From positions 20,584,001 through 20,648,000 of the forward strand of contig NC_047022.1 of NCBI RefSeq assembly GCF_902652985.1: a stretch of DNA of 64,000 nucleotides, read 5' to 3'. Origin of the DNA: Pecten maximus. Lineage: Eukaryota. Shown here piece after piece: positions 40,859-53,337 of the stretch (the stretch's first letter is position 1; every line of letters starts with the position of its first letter). Below the pieces are notes generated by a model. It saw only the letters and a list, made by a program, of their open reading frames with translations. It did not search any database and was not told the origin of the DNA. A program made the position numbers and the translations under genes.

Positions 40859-40990
40859 CTTACCTGTGTCAGTGAGAGCAAGGCATGTCAAACATAGTAA
40901 ACAACATCGCATCACTGTCTTTTAGGAGCTTTTCTCAAAGAAAACGTAGAGAACAAACATTTGAAGGAGACAGACGTAGAAAACAAAATG
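40859..40990. promoter_or_regulatory. Putative bidirectional promoter of TUBD1 and MRPL50
   Basis: Minus-strand donor CAG|GTAAGA at ~40863 (TUBD1 5'-UTR exon; matching acceptor at 39776-39778) lies ~125 bp from the plus-strand MRPL50 ATG in the context CAAAATGGCAG (YY1/TISU-like). Confidence 0.6.
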
Positions 40991-43900
40991 GCAGCGTCCT
41001 TGCGAACTTTATCGTGTAGCCCACTATACACGGTTTTAAGAAGTGTACAGTTAGGAAATCGATCACAGGTATATTTAACACATATATAGGCAATACAAAA
41101 CTCATTCTGTCGACATTTATGACTATTTTACATGATACGTAACCATCTGATCACGTCTACATCTGCTCAATTTCACAACACGGTTGATCAGTTGATCAAA
41201 GTGGACATGCGTCTAGTCTTAAATTAAAAAAAATATCCAGACATACTTACTTATAAAGAATTAGATATGTCTGACTATTTTTAATAAAAGACTAGACATG
41301 CCCCTGAGGTCGGACCAACATAACTGTTTTAACTTTTTATAAGTATTTCTGGATATTTTTTTTAATAAGTCCATAGGAAACTAACCTAATTCCAGCCCCA
41401 TTGTACTTTGAATGTTTGCTGCGGCTACCAGATGCTCTTCAAGCTTTCAAACAAATCAGTTTCTACTGTTTAAATACATAGCAGTTATCAGAGTCCTTAA
41501 AACGTTTGTAACATATTGGTTTATATACAAAGAAGGCAGAAGTACCAATCTTCAGCCCAGTACATTGTAGTTCCTAACTCCAGCCAGTCAGTACATACAG
41601 TCCCTAATTCCAGCCGGGTACCAAATACATCTCCGAGAATCAATATACAGGTCAGTTTAGCAAAACATAAGTAAAACAAATAGAGTAAATAGTATAATTT
41701 AATTAATTTATATAATTTCAACAAAATGAAAAGCAACTTTTAAGAATCTACTAGGCCTATATGTAGGCTATATTGATATGTCTACATGCATTTGCCTCTA
41801 TGACCATTTTCAATTTTTGCTGGACGTTTTTTTCACTTTTTTTGATTTTGGTGTACATTTTGCTGCTTCTCGCTTGAGAGTCCTTCGTAGTTTTGCCGTT
41901 TCCTTTTTATTTTCTTTGTCTTGCTTTGCTTCCAACTGTTTTGTTTTGTGGCTGATCACTTCCTCCGATGTCAACACAAAATATCTTTCTTGTACTTTTT
42001 TCTTATTTTTTACGGAAGTGGTGCTTGTCGGATACGGCAATACATCTGCATCCTTATCGAAGGGAGAAGACGTATTTTGAAATGGGAACCGGCTAATAGC
42101 TTTCTGATTCACATCATTGGTTATCTGAAAAAAGTGTTTGTCATAAAAGAGTTACTTTCACACTTATACCCATATATAATCAAACTACACATCAAATGTT
42201 CTAATTTTAGTTTCATTAATTTCTAGTGTCATTTTAGGTGGATAATAATAATAAAAAAAACAATGTATATTTCACTACCTGCTGCATATCTATACAAGTA
42301 AATATTTGATAAAATCAGAAAGATCAGTATCAGCAAGTGATCATATTTGTAAGTTATACACATTTGTATAGCAATGAAAATCCACTCATTATACACACAT
42401 TATACATGTCATTTAAGGAACCAACCAAAACGCCAAATTTGTAGTATGGATATGACCGACCAGTCTTGTAATCGAACCAGAGGTCTGAGACAAAACTTGT
42501 TATTGAAATATTTTAAACTACCTTAAAAAATTGGTTTTGCTAAAACCAATCCCCATGGACGCTCTATTGCTGGCGTAGTCTATGAGTTTCTCTTCATCGT
42601 CATGTGGACAGCTTCGGCTTGCGCCCAGGGAGGGATCCATCCTCAACACCATTGTGGATTCTATCTTGTATGGTACCCCTTGGTATACCATACGTCCTAG
42701 AGGCCTCTCTTATACTAAGAGTCCCACTTTTTATATCGGCCAAGGCTGTGGTCATTTGTTCCACTGACCAGTTTTTGTGTTTTCCTGGTGGACCTGGTGT
42801 TGGATTTTTTTTTGTTTTTCCCATAATTATTCTTAAAGAAAGATATATACTTATGTCATGCATTGTATGTCACTATGTGTAAGAAGAAAACCGCCTAGGT
42901 TTATCAATGACACACAGGCAATGTTAGAATTACATTACAGTATTACTGCAGATGATATTTCAATAACAGCAGCTAAATTTATACATTTATACATTATTAT
43001 TTAATCTAAATTCTATAAATTGTTATAAATTTGTTATTATTTCTAAATAATAATCTATGTTATTACTTCATGCATCATGTATGCCTAGCGCAGGTGTAAG
43101 ATTTAACAACGTACCCAATTCCAGCCCCCTAGTACCTAATTCCAGCCTAGGCTGGATTACGGTACAATAGGGGGCTGGAATTGGGTAAATGTCAACTATT
43201 TTGTCAATATGTTGTTTATTTATTTATCACAGATATTCTGATGAAACAATAGTCATTTAAACAAAGCAAATTATTTGAATTGCTCTCATAGTAGTAGCAA
43301 GTAAACTTCTTTTCAATATGGACCAGATAAAGAAAGCGTTTTGTCGATGCATTACCTGAAAAGTTGTCTTCTTCTGAAACACTGCTTTTGCACTTTTCAA
43401 ACTTTGCCGCCAAAACAACTTCAAGGTCACTGAGGACACTTGCATCATTGAAAACAAAAACTGCACGTCCCTTAGATCAATACAAATCATTGTCAAATGT
43501 GATTGGCACACACAAACACTCTGTATGCCAAAGTAAAAAAGTGGCTGGAATTAGGTACATGGCTGGAATTAGGTTAGTTTACCCTAAGACTCGAAATGTC
43601 CCTGTGGTCGGAGAGTACTGTACAGGTAGCGGAGCAAGAGCTTTGTCGTAGTTCGATAGTAGGCTTGTATGCCAAAGTAAAAAAGTGGCTGGAATTAGGT
43701 ACATGGCTGGAATTAGGTTAGTTTACCCTAAGACTCGAAATGTCCCTGTGGTCGGAGAGTACTGTACAGGTAGCGGAGCAAGAGCTTTGTCGTAGTTCGA
43801 TAGTAGGCTTGTATGCCAAAGTAAAAAAGTGGCTGGAATTAGGTACATGGCTGGAATTAGGTTAGTTTACCCTAAGACTCAAAATGTCCCTGTGGTCGGA

Positions 43901-46900
43901 GAGTACTGTACAGGTAGCGGAGCAAGAGCTTTGTCGTAGTTCGATAGTAGGCCTACAACATGTAACTATTTACTAGTTTCGTTCCAATGTACAACAGTAG
44001 CTATAAATGGTATCACAAAATAAAAATAACCTTTACTTTATTCTATAATTCATGAGGACATGTATGTTCTTATATTGATGAAATTAACTTTAAATACTTA
44101 TAAAAGAGTACAGTAGTGTTCTTCAATAGAGCTTATATTGTTTGTTAACCAATTGTAAATGATGAACAATAAAGGTTATTTTAATTTTTTTTTTAATTTT
44201 CAATCACATTCTGATAGGGTCCCACACATTTATCAAATTATCAAAATGAGAACTAGTCCAGTGACACTGGAACCACTGGACATATCAAAAAAACTTTAGA
44301 GGGGAATTAACCATAACCAACAAAGGTCATCCCATGGAGTTACTCCTATATGTATATGAGGTCTTATTCCACCTGATTACATTGGTGGATATCGTTACAT
44401 GACAGCCTGTCAAAAGTTTCTTGTCGTGCAAACCTCTAATATTATTGGAGTACCCATGGAGTCAGTGCAACTCAATCCCATAATCAAGGGAAAGAGGACT
44501 AAAGCTGACAATAGATTATCGGGCAGCTTTTTCAGTCAGTGTAGTAATTTTAGCAATTACTGCTATCCAGTCATCTTATAAATGCTTGTTCATTCGAAAG
44601 TTAGAACTGGTCAAAATAACATTTTTAACAAAATTAATTTTGGACTATATTGTCTACATATATACTTTCTGAAATTTATCTTGCATAATGGGGTGTCAAA
44701 TGGATGTCCTTTGTGTGACATGGTTCAATGCACTTCAGTTGTCGTTCACAAAAAAAATATCTTTTAATTTCATTGCTATATATTTTTAGCCCACCATCAT
44801 TAGAAGGTGGGCTATTCAAATCGCCCTGCGTCCGTGGTCCGTCGTCCCTCCCTCCGTCCCTCCCTCCGTCCGTCCGTCCGTCCGTAAACAATTCTTGTTA
44901 TCGCTAATCCTCAGAAAGTACTGAAGGGATCTTTCTCAAATTTCATATGTAGGTTCCCCTTGGTGCCTAGTTATGCATATTCCATTTTGGGACCGATCGG
45001 AAAACAACATGGCCGACAGGCAGCCATCTTGGATTTTGACCATTGAAGTTTGTTATCGCTATTTCTGAGAAAGTACTGATGGGATCTTTCTCAAATTTCA
45101 TATGTAGGTTCCCCTTGGTGCGTAGTTATGCATATTGCATTTTGGGACCGATCGGAAAACAACATGGCCGACAGGCAGCCATCTTGGATTTTGACCATTG
45201 AAGTTTGTTATCGCTATTTCTGAGAAAGTACCGAAGGGATCTTTCTCAAATTTCATATGTAGGTTCCCCTTGGTGCGTAGTTATGCATATTGCATTTTGG
45301 GCCCGATCGGAAAACAACATGGCCGACAGGCAGCCATCTTGGATTTTGACCATTGAAGTTTGTTATCGCTATTTCTGAGAAAGTACTGAAGGGATCTTTC
45401 TCAAATTTCATATGTAGGTTCCCCTTGGTGCCTAGTTATGCATATTGCATTTTGGGATTGATCGGAAAACAACATGGCCGACAGGCAGCCATCTTGGATT
45501 TTGACCATTGAATTTTGTTATCGCTATTTCTGAGAAAGTACTGAAGGGATCTTTCTCAAATTTCATATGTAGGTTCCTCTTGGTGCCTTGTTATGCATAT
45601 AGCATTTTGGGACCGATCGGAAAACAGGCAGCCATCTTGGATTTTGACAATTGAAGTTTGTTATCGCTATTTCTGAGAAAGTACTGAAGGGATCGTTCTC
45701 AAATTTCATAAGTATGTTCCCCTTGGTGCCTAGTAATGCATATAGCATTTTGGGACTGATCGGAAAACAACATGGCCGACAGGCAGCCATCTTGGATTTT
45801 GACCATTGAAGTTTGTTATTGATAATTCTCAGAAAGCACTGAAGGGATCTTCCTGAAATTTCATATGTAGGTTCCCCCAGGTGCCTAGTTATGCATATTG
45901 TATTTTGAGACCAATCGGAAAACAACATGGCCGATAGCCAGCCATCTTGGATTTTGACAATTGAAGTTTGTTATCGCTATTTCTCAGAAAGTACTGAAGG
46001 AATCTTTCTCAAATTCCATATATAGGTTCGCCTTGGTGCCTTAATCTTAAATTTTATATATAGGTTTCCCTTGTTTGAAAAGTACTAGAGGTTTCTTCTG
46101 AATTTACACAGATTAGTAAGACTTAGAAGAAGAGAAAAGTAGAGAAAAGATCAATCTGACATGGAACCTATGAAGAACATTCAATGGTGGGCGCCAAGAT
46201 CCCTCTGGGATCTCTTGTTAATATATACATCCCCAACAATCTAGTTTTTGCTGATTTATATACACTGTAGTGGTAATAGATTATGAAAGAAATTTGATTC
46301 AATGAAAGGGCTTTGCAGACCTGTAGAAAAAGACCCTAATGCACTCAAACTCTTGTTCTCCTTACTAGCCATGGGTTGTTCTATACACTACAGTTATTTT
46401 CAGTGAAGAGGAAGGTACTGGATTATAATTCTCAGTAAGCGAAGAGTTTTTGTAATTTTGCTTATATCTGAGACTGGCTATATATGATTATTCTAATCAT
46501 AGTACGGCAATTGAAGTTCTTGATCTTATGGTATGAATTGAAAGAGGAAATGATATGACAGAACCTAATCCTTAATAAAATAAAGAAACTTCAAACTATA
46601 GCGAAGATGCTGCTGCCGAGCATAAAGGTTTGCCAGATGCAAGTGAGGATCGAGCCATTGATTATAATAGACATTAGAAAGCAAAATGTAGATCCAGAGT
46701 ATAAATTATATGTGCAGCAGATTGATTTTAGTCTCGTTCATTTCCCCAAGCAGGCAAAAACAAATCTTGAACACTGCATGGGTGGGGAGGGGAGGAGTCC
46801 TATCTCTTACATATATATACAAAATACCCTGCCCATGCTATGCTAGGCCTCAAACTTTTGACCTCTTGTTATTATCTTGACCATACTCCCCACTTTTACA

Positions 46901-49808
46901 CTACTCTCTCCTTCACAAAGACAACCACAACTTGGCTTCTTTAGCTCAAAGGAAGCTTCTCGAACTCTTCAATCTACTCTTGGTGTAGTTGACAGTTCCA
47001 AATCTGTATTAGAAGGGAGTAATGAAAAGTACCCTGCCCATATGCTTGGCCTCAAAGTTGCAACCTCCCACTCTCTGAACAGACAAAACGGAAATTTCCA
47101 CTACCATGAACCGGTAATTAAAGTGACTTATACTCTCCACTTTACACATACACCATATTTGGGGATACATATAAAATGTATATAATGTACATACATATAA
47201 TGTTCTTTTGAGAAAAACTACTTTTGTTTGCTTTTAGATCCAAGTTCCATGCCGCAGTGCCAGTTTTCTAAAGAAATTCTGGAAAGGTTCTTCAAAATCA
47301 ATAGAAGTAGATGATGAAGAAGATGACATGGTCTTTCCAAGAAAAAGTCCAATCACAAGCTTAGATGGATTGCGGTCCCTGAAAAAGAGAACGTAAGTTG
47401 AATATTTGCTAATGAAATTTATATCTCTAGATGGATTTTACCATACATGCATATGGCAATTACGGTACTAATATATACATGCTCATTATGTTGGTTCAAA
47501 CAAATCTTTTTAGGAGTAAAGTAAGCAACTACTATCCATTTTCAACAGTAAAAATGATAAAGTAAGGACTGAGAATATCTGTTTCTGTTTACCCTAGTAT
47601 TATTTTTATGCATACTCTGAAATGTTCTTTTTTTATTTTATTATTTAAAATATTTACCATTCTTAGGTAAGGACTGTTAAATTCAAGATTCAATATCTAC
47701 CTTATCATGGTAAAATTTTTTGAAAAATGATTTCTGTCACCAACCTTAAATTTTTTAACATAATTATGTTATGTGTTAAAACATTTTTAGGCCAAATAAT
47801 CATAAAAAATAGCAAAAAGACCTTGGTTGTGGGATTTTTACAGAAGTGTTATCTTAATTGGCATAAAGTTCAGAAATTCTGAGAATATTTAATTTTGTTT
47901 GTTTTACAGTGGAGTGAACACAAAGAGAGGTTACACTCCTCCAGAGGATGTGGAGGAAAGGATACAGAGGATTGCTGATGGTATTTATGGGGAGCAAGAG
48001 AACTGGAAAGATACACATTTAACCAACCGTGCCCACAAGTACAAGGTGTGTATGAATCAATTACTAATATTATTACTTAATTTTATTTATTATACCTTAT
48101 GTAAGATTATCGCCTTGTTATTGGTCAATTCCTAATCACATGACCTGAAACAATATGCAGTGTCAGAAACAGCGGTCAACATTGCCGTGGGATATTGCAA
48201 TGTTCCCCGCTCCGCCCGAAAACGCACGATTGTTTCTTACGGAAAATCCCGAACATTGAGAAGGGAGACAATTCTTACAAACGCAACAGTGTAGTTTTAC
48301 ATAGATAAAGAGAACTGTACCAGATAAAACAGATTTTTTCACTAGAAAATTTTTCTATTCGGTATAATAAAATAAATAGTGCCCTTGTCTGAGGGGAATA
48401 TGGAGGATTGTTTCCCCTCGAGAACATTATCTTCCCTCGCCTGTCGGCTCGGGAAGATAATGTTCCCTCGGGGAAACAATCCTCCATATTCCCCTCAGAC
48501 AAGGGCACTATTTATCTAATGTTATTGCTATTTTCATATCATATGATATGCCATTCAGATTTAGCTCCTATACAATTAAAAAGAAAGATTATATATTTCC
48601 TTGAACTTTTTAAAAAATGAAAAAAAAAGAATTTGCATATTTCTAAGTTGTGCTGTAATATTTGCATAATTTTTTTTTTTATTGAAAATTGCTGCCAGTT
48701 TTCATAAAGTTAAATACATCAAGAATCAGCTTCAACAACTTCTGGCAGTAAAGTTGACAAGAGTTGTGTCCCTTGCCTACTTTTGCATTAAGAAGATTTC
48801 TCAAAATTAATGCTTAATAATAATCGTAAGAACATGTTGGCATTTCTGATATATTTTATGGGTAATTATAATGTAAAAAGTCTGTTGTGAAGTGTTGTCC
48901 CAAACAATTTTATCTTACCTACTTTATAAGGCAAAGCCTGGTGATACACCACTTTTGTGTATTGTAATTTAGCAAAATGCTGACACGTAAGTTATTTCAT
49001 TGCCTTGTGCCAAGTTTTGTGGGAGATCCTTAATTGTGATCCCTAACGAGAAAAATACAGTAATTACACCTTAGGTCTTCTGTGTCATCTGCGACAAAAA
49101 GTCATGAAAGTTAGATTATGGTGTTACCATTCCAATGGCAATTTTAAATTCTTTTTTGCTGTATTTTTAGGTTAAAAACCTTAGATTTTGAGAAATTTAT
49201 ACAATTTTTTTCATGCTTCTCCAATTGACTTTCAAATTTGCTATGAGTCGAATTCGAGTTTTTTGGTTCAAATGTAATTTATTAATTTATTAAGGTAAAT
49301 TTGAGAATCAGATATTTTGCAAAATTTATATTTGTTTTGTAATTCATAATATATATACAAATTATAAATAATACCTTGGTAAAATATCTTTTTCTTATTT
49401 TACTTTCCTCATTTAGTAATTATCATACAAGATCTTATATTTTAGGTAAGAGTTGACGTTCTTTCACAATAGCTAAATTTGTATTTTCATCAATATTTAT
49501 TTCCTCCACAGTTCCTGACAGAAACTATCAAGGAGTTTAACCACAACATACCGAACATGGTCCTGACAAATCTTGATAAAGTGAATGACGTTGTCCTCCA
49601 TTTCAGCACGGAAGTCATGGAAACAAGTGCTCTGGAAGACATTTCCAAATTAGATCTTCCCGAAAACTTACATATAAACTTAGACTATATCAAATTTAAT
49701 GAAAAGGAAGATACATTATTCGGGGGCAAAACAGCGTACCCAGGACGGCCCACGATCATACATAGCATTAAACACAAAAGACAGTACAAAGTGACGGAAC
49801 AGGAATGA
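40988..49808 (+). CDS. MRPL50: 39S mitochondrial ribosomal protein L50 (mL50); 4 exons, 222 aa
   Basis: Exons 40988-41068, 47238-47392, 47910-48045, 49512-49808, in frame with GT-AG junctions. Basic/hydroxylated presequence MAASLRTLS...; family motifs GYTPPEDV, HNIPNMVL...V.DV..HF, LPENLHI. Confidence 0.85.
41376..43584 (-). mobile_element. pogo/Tigger-superfamily DNA transposon, internally deleted (no DDE domain seen), in MRPL50 intron 1
   Basis: TA-flanked inverted termini GGAAACTAACCTAATTCCAGCC (41376) / GGCTGGAATTAGGTTAGTTTACCC (to 43584); repeated subterminal CCTAATTCCAGCC motifs (~41573, 41603, 43114, 43135, inverted 43150 and 43173); Psq-type HTH ORF inside. Confidence 0.8.
41810..42824 (-). 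pseudogene. Transposase remnant: Psq-type HTH, start of CENP-B-type HTH, and Lys-rich C-terminal tail
   Basis: WSVEQMTTALADIKSGTLSIREASRTYGIPRGTIQDR...GRKPKLS, then after a +1 shift HDDEEKLIDYASNRASMGIGFSK; separate segment 41810-42124 with VLTSEEVI...K-rich coil, typical of pogo-like transposase tails. Confidence 0.75.
43522..43952. repeat. Three near-identical 144-bp tandem copies spanning the transposon end and flanking DNA
   Basis: Units start at 43522, 43666 and 43810; one substitution seen (CTCGAAAT vs CTCAAAAT). Confidence 0.97.
44784..46219 (+). mobile_element. Helentron-associated non-autonomous element (HINE / DINE-1 / pearl-like) carrying ~7.5 copies of a 155-bp satellite
   Basis: 5' T-run plus AGCCCACCAT...GGTGGGCT inverted repeat; (GTCC)n microsatellite 44829-44885; 155-bp units starting 44897, 45052, 45207, 45362, 45517, 45660, 45815, 45970; 3' subterminal ATGGTGGGC and hairpin AGATCCC-TCT-GGGATCT. 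Confidence 0.85.
48372..48515. repeat. 144-bp near-perfect hairpin, probably the end of a non-autonomous DNA element spanning ~48080-48515
   Basis: ATAAATAGTGCCCTTGTCTGAGGGGAATATGGAGGATTGTTTCCCC...GGGGAAACAATCCTCCATATTCCCCTCAGACAAGGGCACTATTTAT; additional inverted pair TTATTTATTATACC (~48083) / GGTATAATAAAATAA (48361). Confidence 0.9.
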
Positions 49809-51662
49809 TGTATCATCGAACCCTTAGTCATCACGTTTGGATTGTGTTACGTACTTGTCTTAAAAATTAAATTCTGCTTCAGAAAAATGACTGAGTCAGG
49901 AAAAAAGATTTCTGTTATAAGTTTGGTGTGGTTTTGTATAATTAATGAACATTTAATATCATCACATATTGAAAATATTACAGAAAATAATACGTAGTGC
50001 AGTACTAATTTAATTGAGATCTTGGTATTTGATTATTAGTCAGAGAGATCGTTATCTTGGGAAAAATATGGAAGAAATATACAGATAATTCTTAAATGTA
50101 TCAAAACATACATAATGTGGTCTTGTTTACAAAATTATATAGCAATTTATATTTATTAAATTGAAAATGCTGCATCACTGATCATGAGGGCAGTTTGAAA
50201 AATGATGTCCTAAAGGAGGATTCGGCGATGTTTTCACAGATTATTGTGTTTTGTATGTAACAATTTGTAGTGAGTGACACGGTAGGTTAAAGATGAATGT
50301 TTCTTGATGATGGTCGTATATACATGTAGTATGCACCATGTCAGTTTGAATAAATGTGTTTTTTAGTCGATTGAAAAGTGGCAGAGCTGCTAGCCTTGTA
50401 CTTTCCACAGTACACATACCACTGCCATATCAAAAATTGTTCAAATTCACATTTTCAATGCAAGCGCCTGTGCATACCACCTCTATATACTACCCAATGT
50501 TACTCATACCCAATGCTCACTACCACCTAATCTACCTCACTGTTAGAAATTTGGAAAGGGAAGTAACTCTAGCTGGTATATTAATTTGTTCATTCAACTT
50601 GATAGTCGTTTTCTTGAAAACTAGGCATATATTTTACGTGATTATCGTAGACTCTATGGCATCAAAGTTTGAAATTTCTCGTTTTCATGAAAGTCAAAAT
50701 CAACAATAATACTTATGATAAATGCCAAAGGCTGTTTCTACATTCTGTAATATCGGAGTGCACATCATTCTTTAAGAACTCATTCCATTGAAAATATTCA
50801 ACTAAAACCACTAACATATATATATGCTGTATACACTAGTATATACGTGCCTGCCTCAATTTTATAAACTACAACGTAATTTGAATTAGAACATAGAATC
50901 ACTTCCACTTCTGATCATGAAAGTGCTAGAACCTGTCTCCAATTTATAAAATAAATTCATTTATCATAACAAAATCATTCTTTCCCAGAAAAGTTAGCCA
51001 ACATACAGCCCACTATCCTCTCCTTTTACAGAATAAGATTCGTTCTTTTTTGGAAAGGAAAATATTTTTGTATTTTGCTGAAAGGCAGAATGACTCCCCT
51101 ATTGCTTTTTGTGATAAGGTTTGATGTTTCGCAGTTCCGGAAATTTCTTTGTCGTGCTTTCCTGTCTTCGTGATCCTTGCTAATGATGTGTCATTTCTAT
51201 GCAGGAATAGGACAGAAAAGAAAAAAAAAAAAAAAAGAAAAAAAATCCCCAGAAGAATTAATGATAAAGAGTTAAAAAAAAAATGGTAGGTGCTGCGAGC
51301 TTTTAACAAAACCTTCTCCGTTGCTCTTTAGGACTTCTTTGAAGCAGATACTCTTTGTTGAATGTTTTTCATTTTTGTTTCCGTTTGCAGTATGCTTCCG
51401 AATATACAGTCATGTAATCCATAGCTAGATATAAAGCTGGTGATATTGATAGGAACGCTGTCAACGCTGGCAGAGAATATAGATACTGTTAGTCCCATAA
51501 GTTACGGACAATCTACAGTAACATCAGCGAAGATTGTTTGGCCAGGACGGTTATTGAGCATCCTGTGCCGGTGTGCCAAGATGTGCCCGTGGTAAGCACA
51601 CTACAAAATTACTCTGGATAACATTCAACTGGTCTCAAGTCAGCTAGCTGTTCACTGAAGTG

Positions 51663-52197
51663 CGACGGCTTATTGATAAGTTGGGAGCCAGGTATTGAAA
51701 GAGATACACAAGGATGTTCTTTTTAAGTCCTACTATTCTCTGACTATATAGGGTCGTTTGCCCATGACTGTTCTTATTCTTTTTAGTTTATATCGACGAG
51801 GTATCGCTCTAAAGTAAACAAGACAAGCGGCTTTTGCAAAATGGACAAAATCGGTTAGGGTTAGGGTAAAAGAGTCTGTCATTGCCATGGCTGCCATTCA
51901 CGATTGTGGCTTTAAATTGATTGGGCATCCGCCTTATTCACCTGATCTCGCTCCATCAGACTTTCATCAATTTCCATTACTGAAAACAGCCTTTTCAGAC
52001 ACCCTAACCCTAACATGCAATGGATGACTTTCTGAACAGCCAAGGAAAAGAGTTCTATAAAAATGGCACGTAGGCCCTTAAACACCACTGGCAAAAGTTT
52101 ATAGATACCAAGGGGATTCTGTTGAAAAATAATACAATATGTCCGGCCAAATTCAAATCCTTCAATGTGAATCTCACAACTTATCAATCTGCCCTCG
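51663..52197 (+). mobile_element. Non-autonomous mariner element, second copy of the 34970-35490 family
   Basis: Encodes HPPYSPDLAPSDFHQFPLLK (mariner YSPDL motif) at ~51927-51985; 3' TIR TATCAATCTGCCCTCG followed by TA; degenerate 5' TIR. Confidence 0.85.
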
Positions 52198-53059
52198 TAG
52201 CCACAGCAACTACAATGATACGTTGGGTAAAAAATGTGAATTTTAAGAGACATGCACATACCAAAAGTACGCTTACTTTCCAGGGTTTGCGAAGATGTCC
52301 ATGGACTTAAATCTCTAAAACAACACCTTCAATGTTTCGACCTAATGATTTCGGAACTGCAATGTTGCTCTATCGATATAATGTTTACTATAAGAAAAGA
52401 CAGGATAGTTTCATGTTCCCAATGGTTATCGTGCAAGGTTACATGGGTTACATGGCCGCTTACTGTTGGATTCTCAAGGTCATCAGTTAACAAGAGCTAT
52501 CGGATGAATCGGCTTAGTTACGCCAACGAGTGAGTGGGACTGTTTACCTCCATTGGACTTGCTAGTGGTGCCTCTGGGCCCTTTATCAGTGAGGTATTGA
52601 ATGAGACGGTCTGTTTTTGACTAGTCTGTCGACGTGTATGGGAAGCAGCAAAATACCAAGAGTGCTCAAAAGACATGAATTCTAAACGAAGAAATATTGC
52701 TATTCAAACAAAACGTCTTTTGAAACATATTTAGATACGTGTTGCCTACGTACTGGCATTTGTATTTGGTCAACTGACCATGGGGATTACGATTAACAGC
52801 CGTGATAGGATTAACAGATTCCAATCGTTTTTGGAATATGATGGTGTACATATTGACAAACAGGCCAATCAAATTGGCTACATTATATCGTCTTGAAATC
52901 GATTTAAATAGACTTCAATCTTTTGTTTTAAGAAATTGAATTATGACACCGATCAAATAACATAATGAGACATTAAACAAAAACAAAAACAAAACAAATG
53001 AATTAAAATATAACAAATAAAAAGTATCCTAAAATCTTTTCCTAAAATAGGCTGTCAGA

Positions 53060-53337
53060 GGACGGGGTATTTCCTTTTTCCTTTTTATGACACCGATTTT
53101 CTGCTTGTTTTTATCGACAGATTTTTCTTGGATAAATTAATAATTAAATAAAGTTTCTGCCGTTACTACATCTACGGTATGTATAAAGGTGATAATTCAC
53201 GTGGGGTTTCTGTTAACTTTTTGTGTTGCTCTCTGGACTCCTTTATCAGCTGATCACGAGACGATTCTCTTAGGGTTGAAATCCACGGCGGACTAATAAA
53301 TGAGGTCGGTCGTCAATGTGAAGATTTTACAGTGAGT
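53060..53337 (+). promoter_or_regulatory. Candidate promoter and non-coding first exon of the TRIM gene
   Basis: kappaB-like GGGGTATTTCC (53064-53074), TATAAA at 53182, donor GTGAGT at ~53332; acceptor-like TTTTAATGCAG at 56317 just before the TRIM ATG. Motif evidence only. Confidence 0.3.

Noticed and set aside
43522-46219. CRISPR-like array interpretation of the 144-bp and 155-bp repeats
   Set aside because: There are no unique spacers, no cas genes, and the context is a eukaryotic intron.
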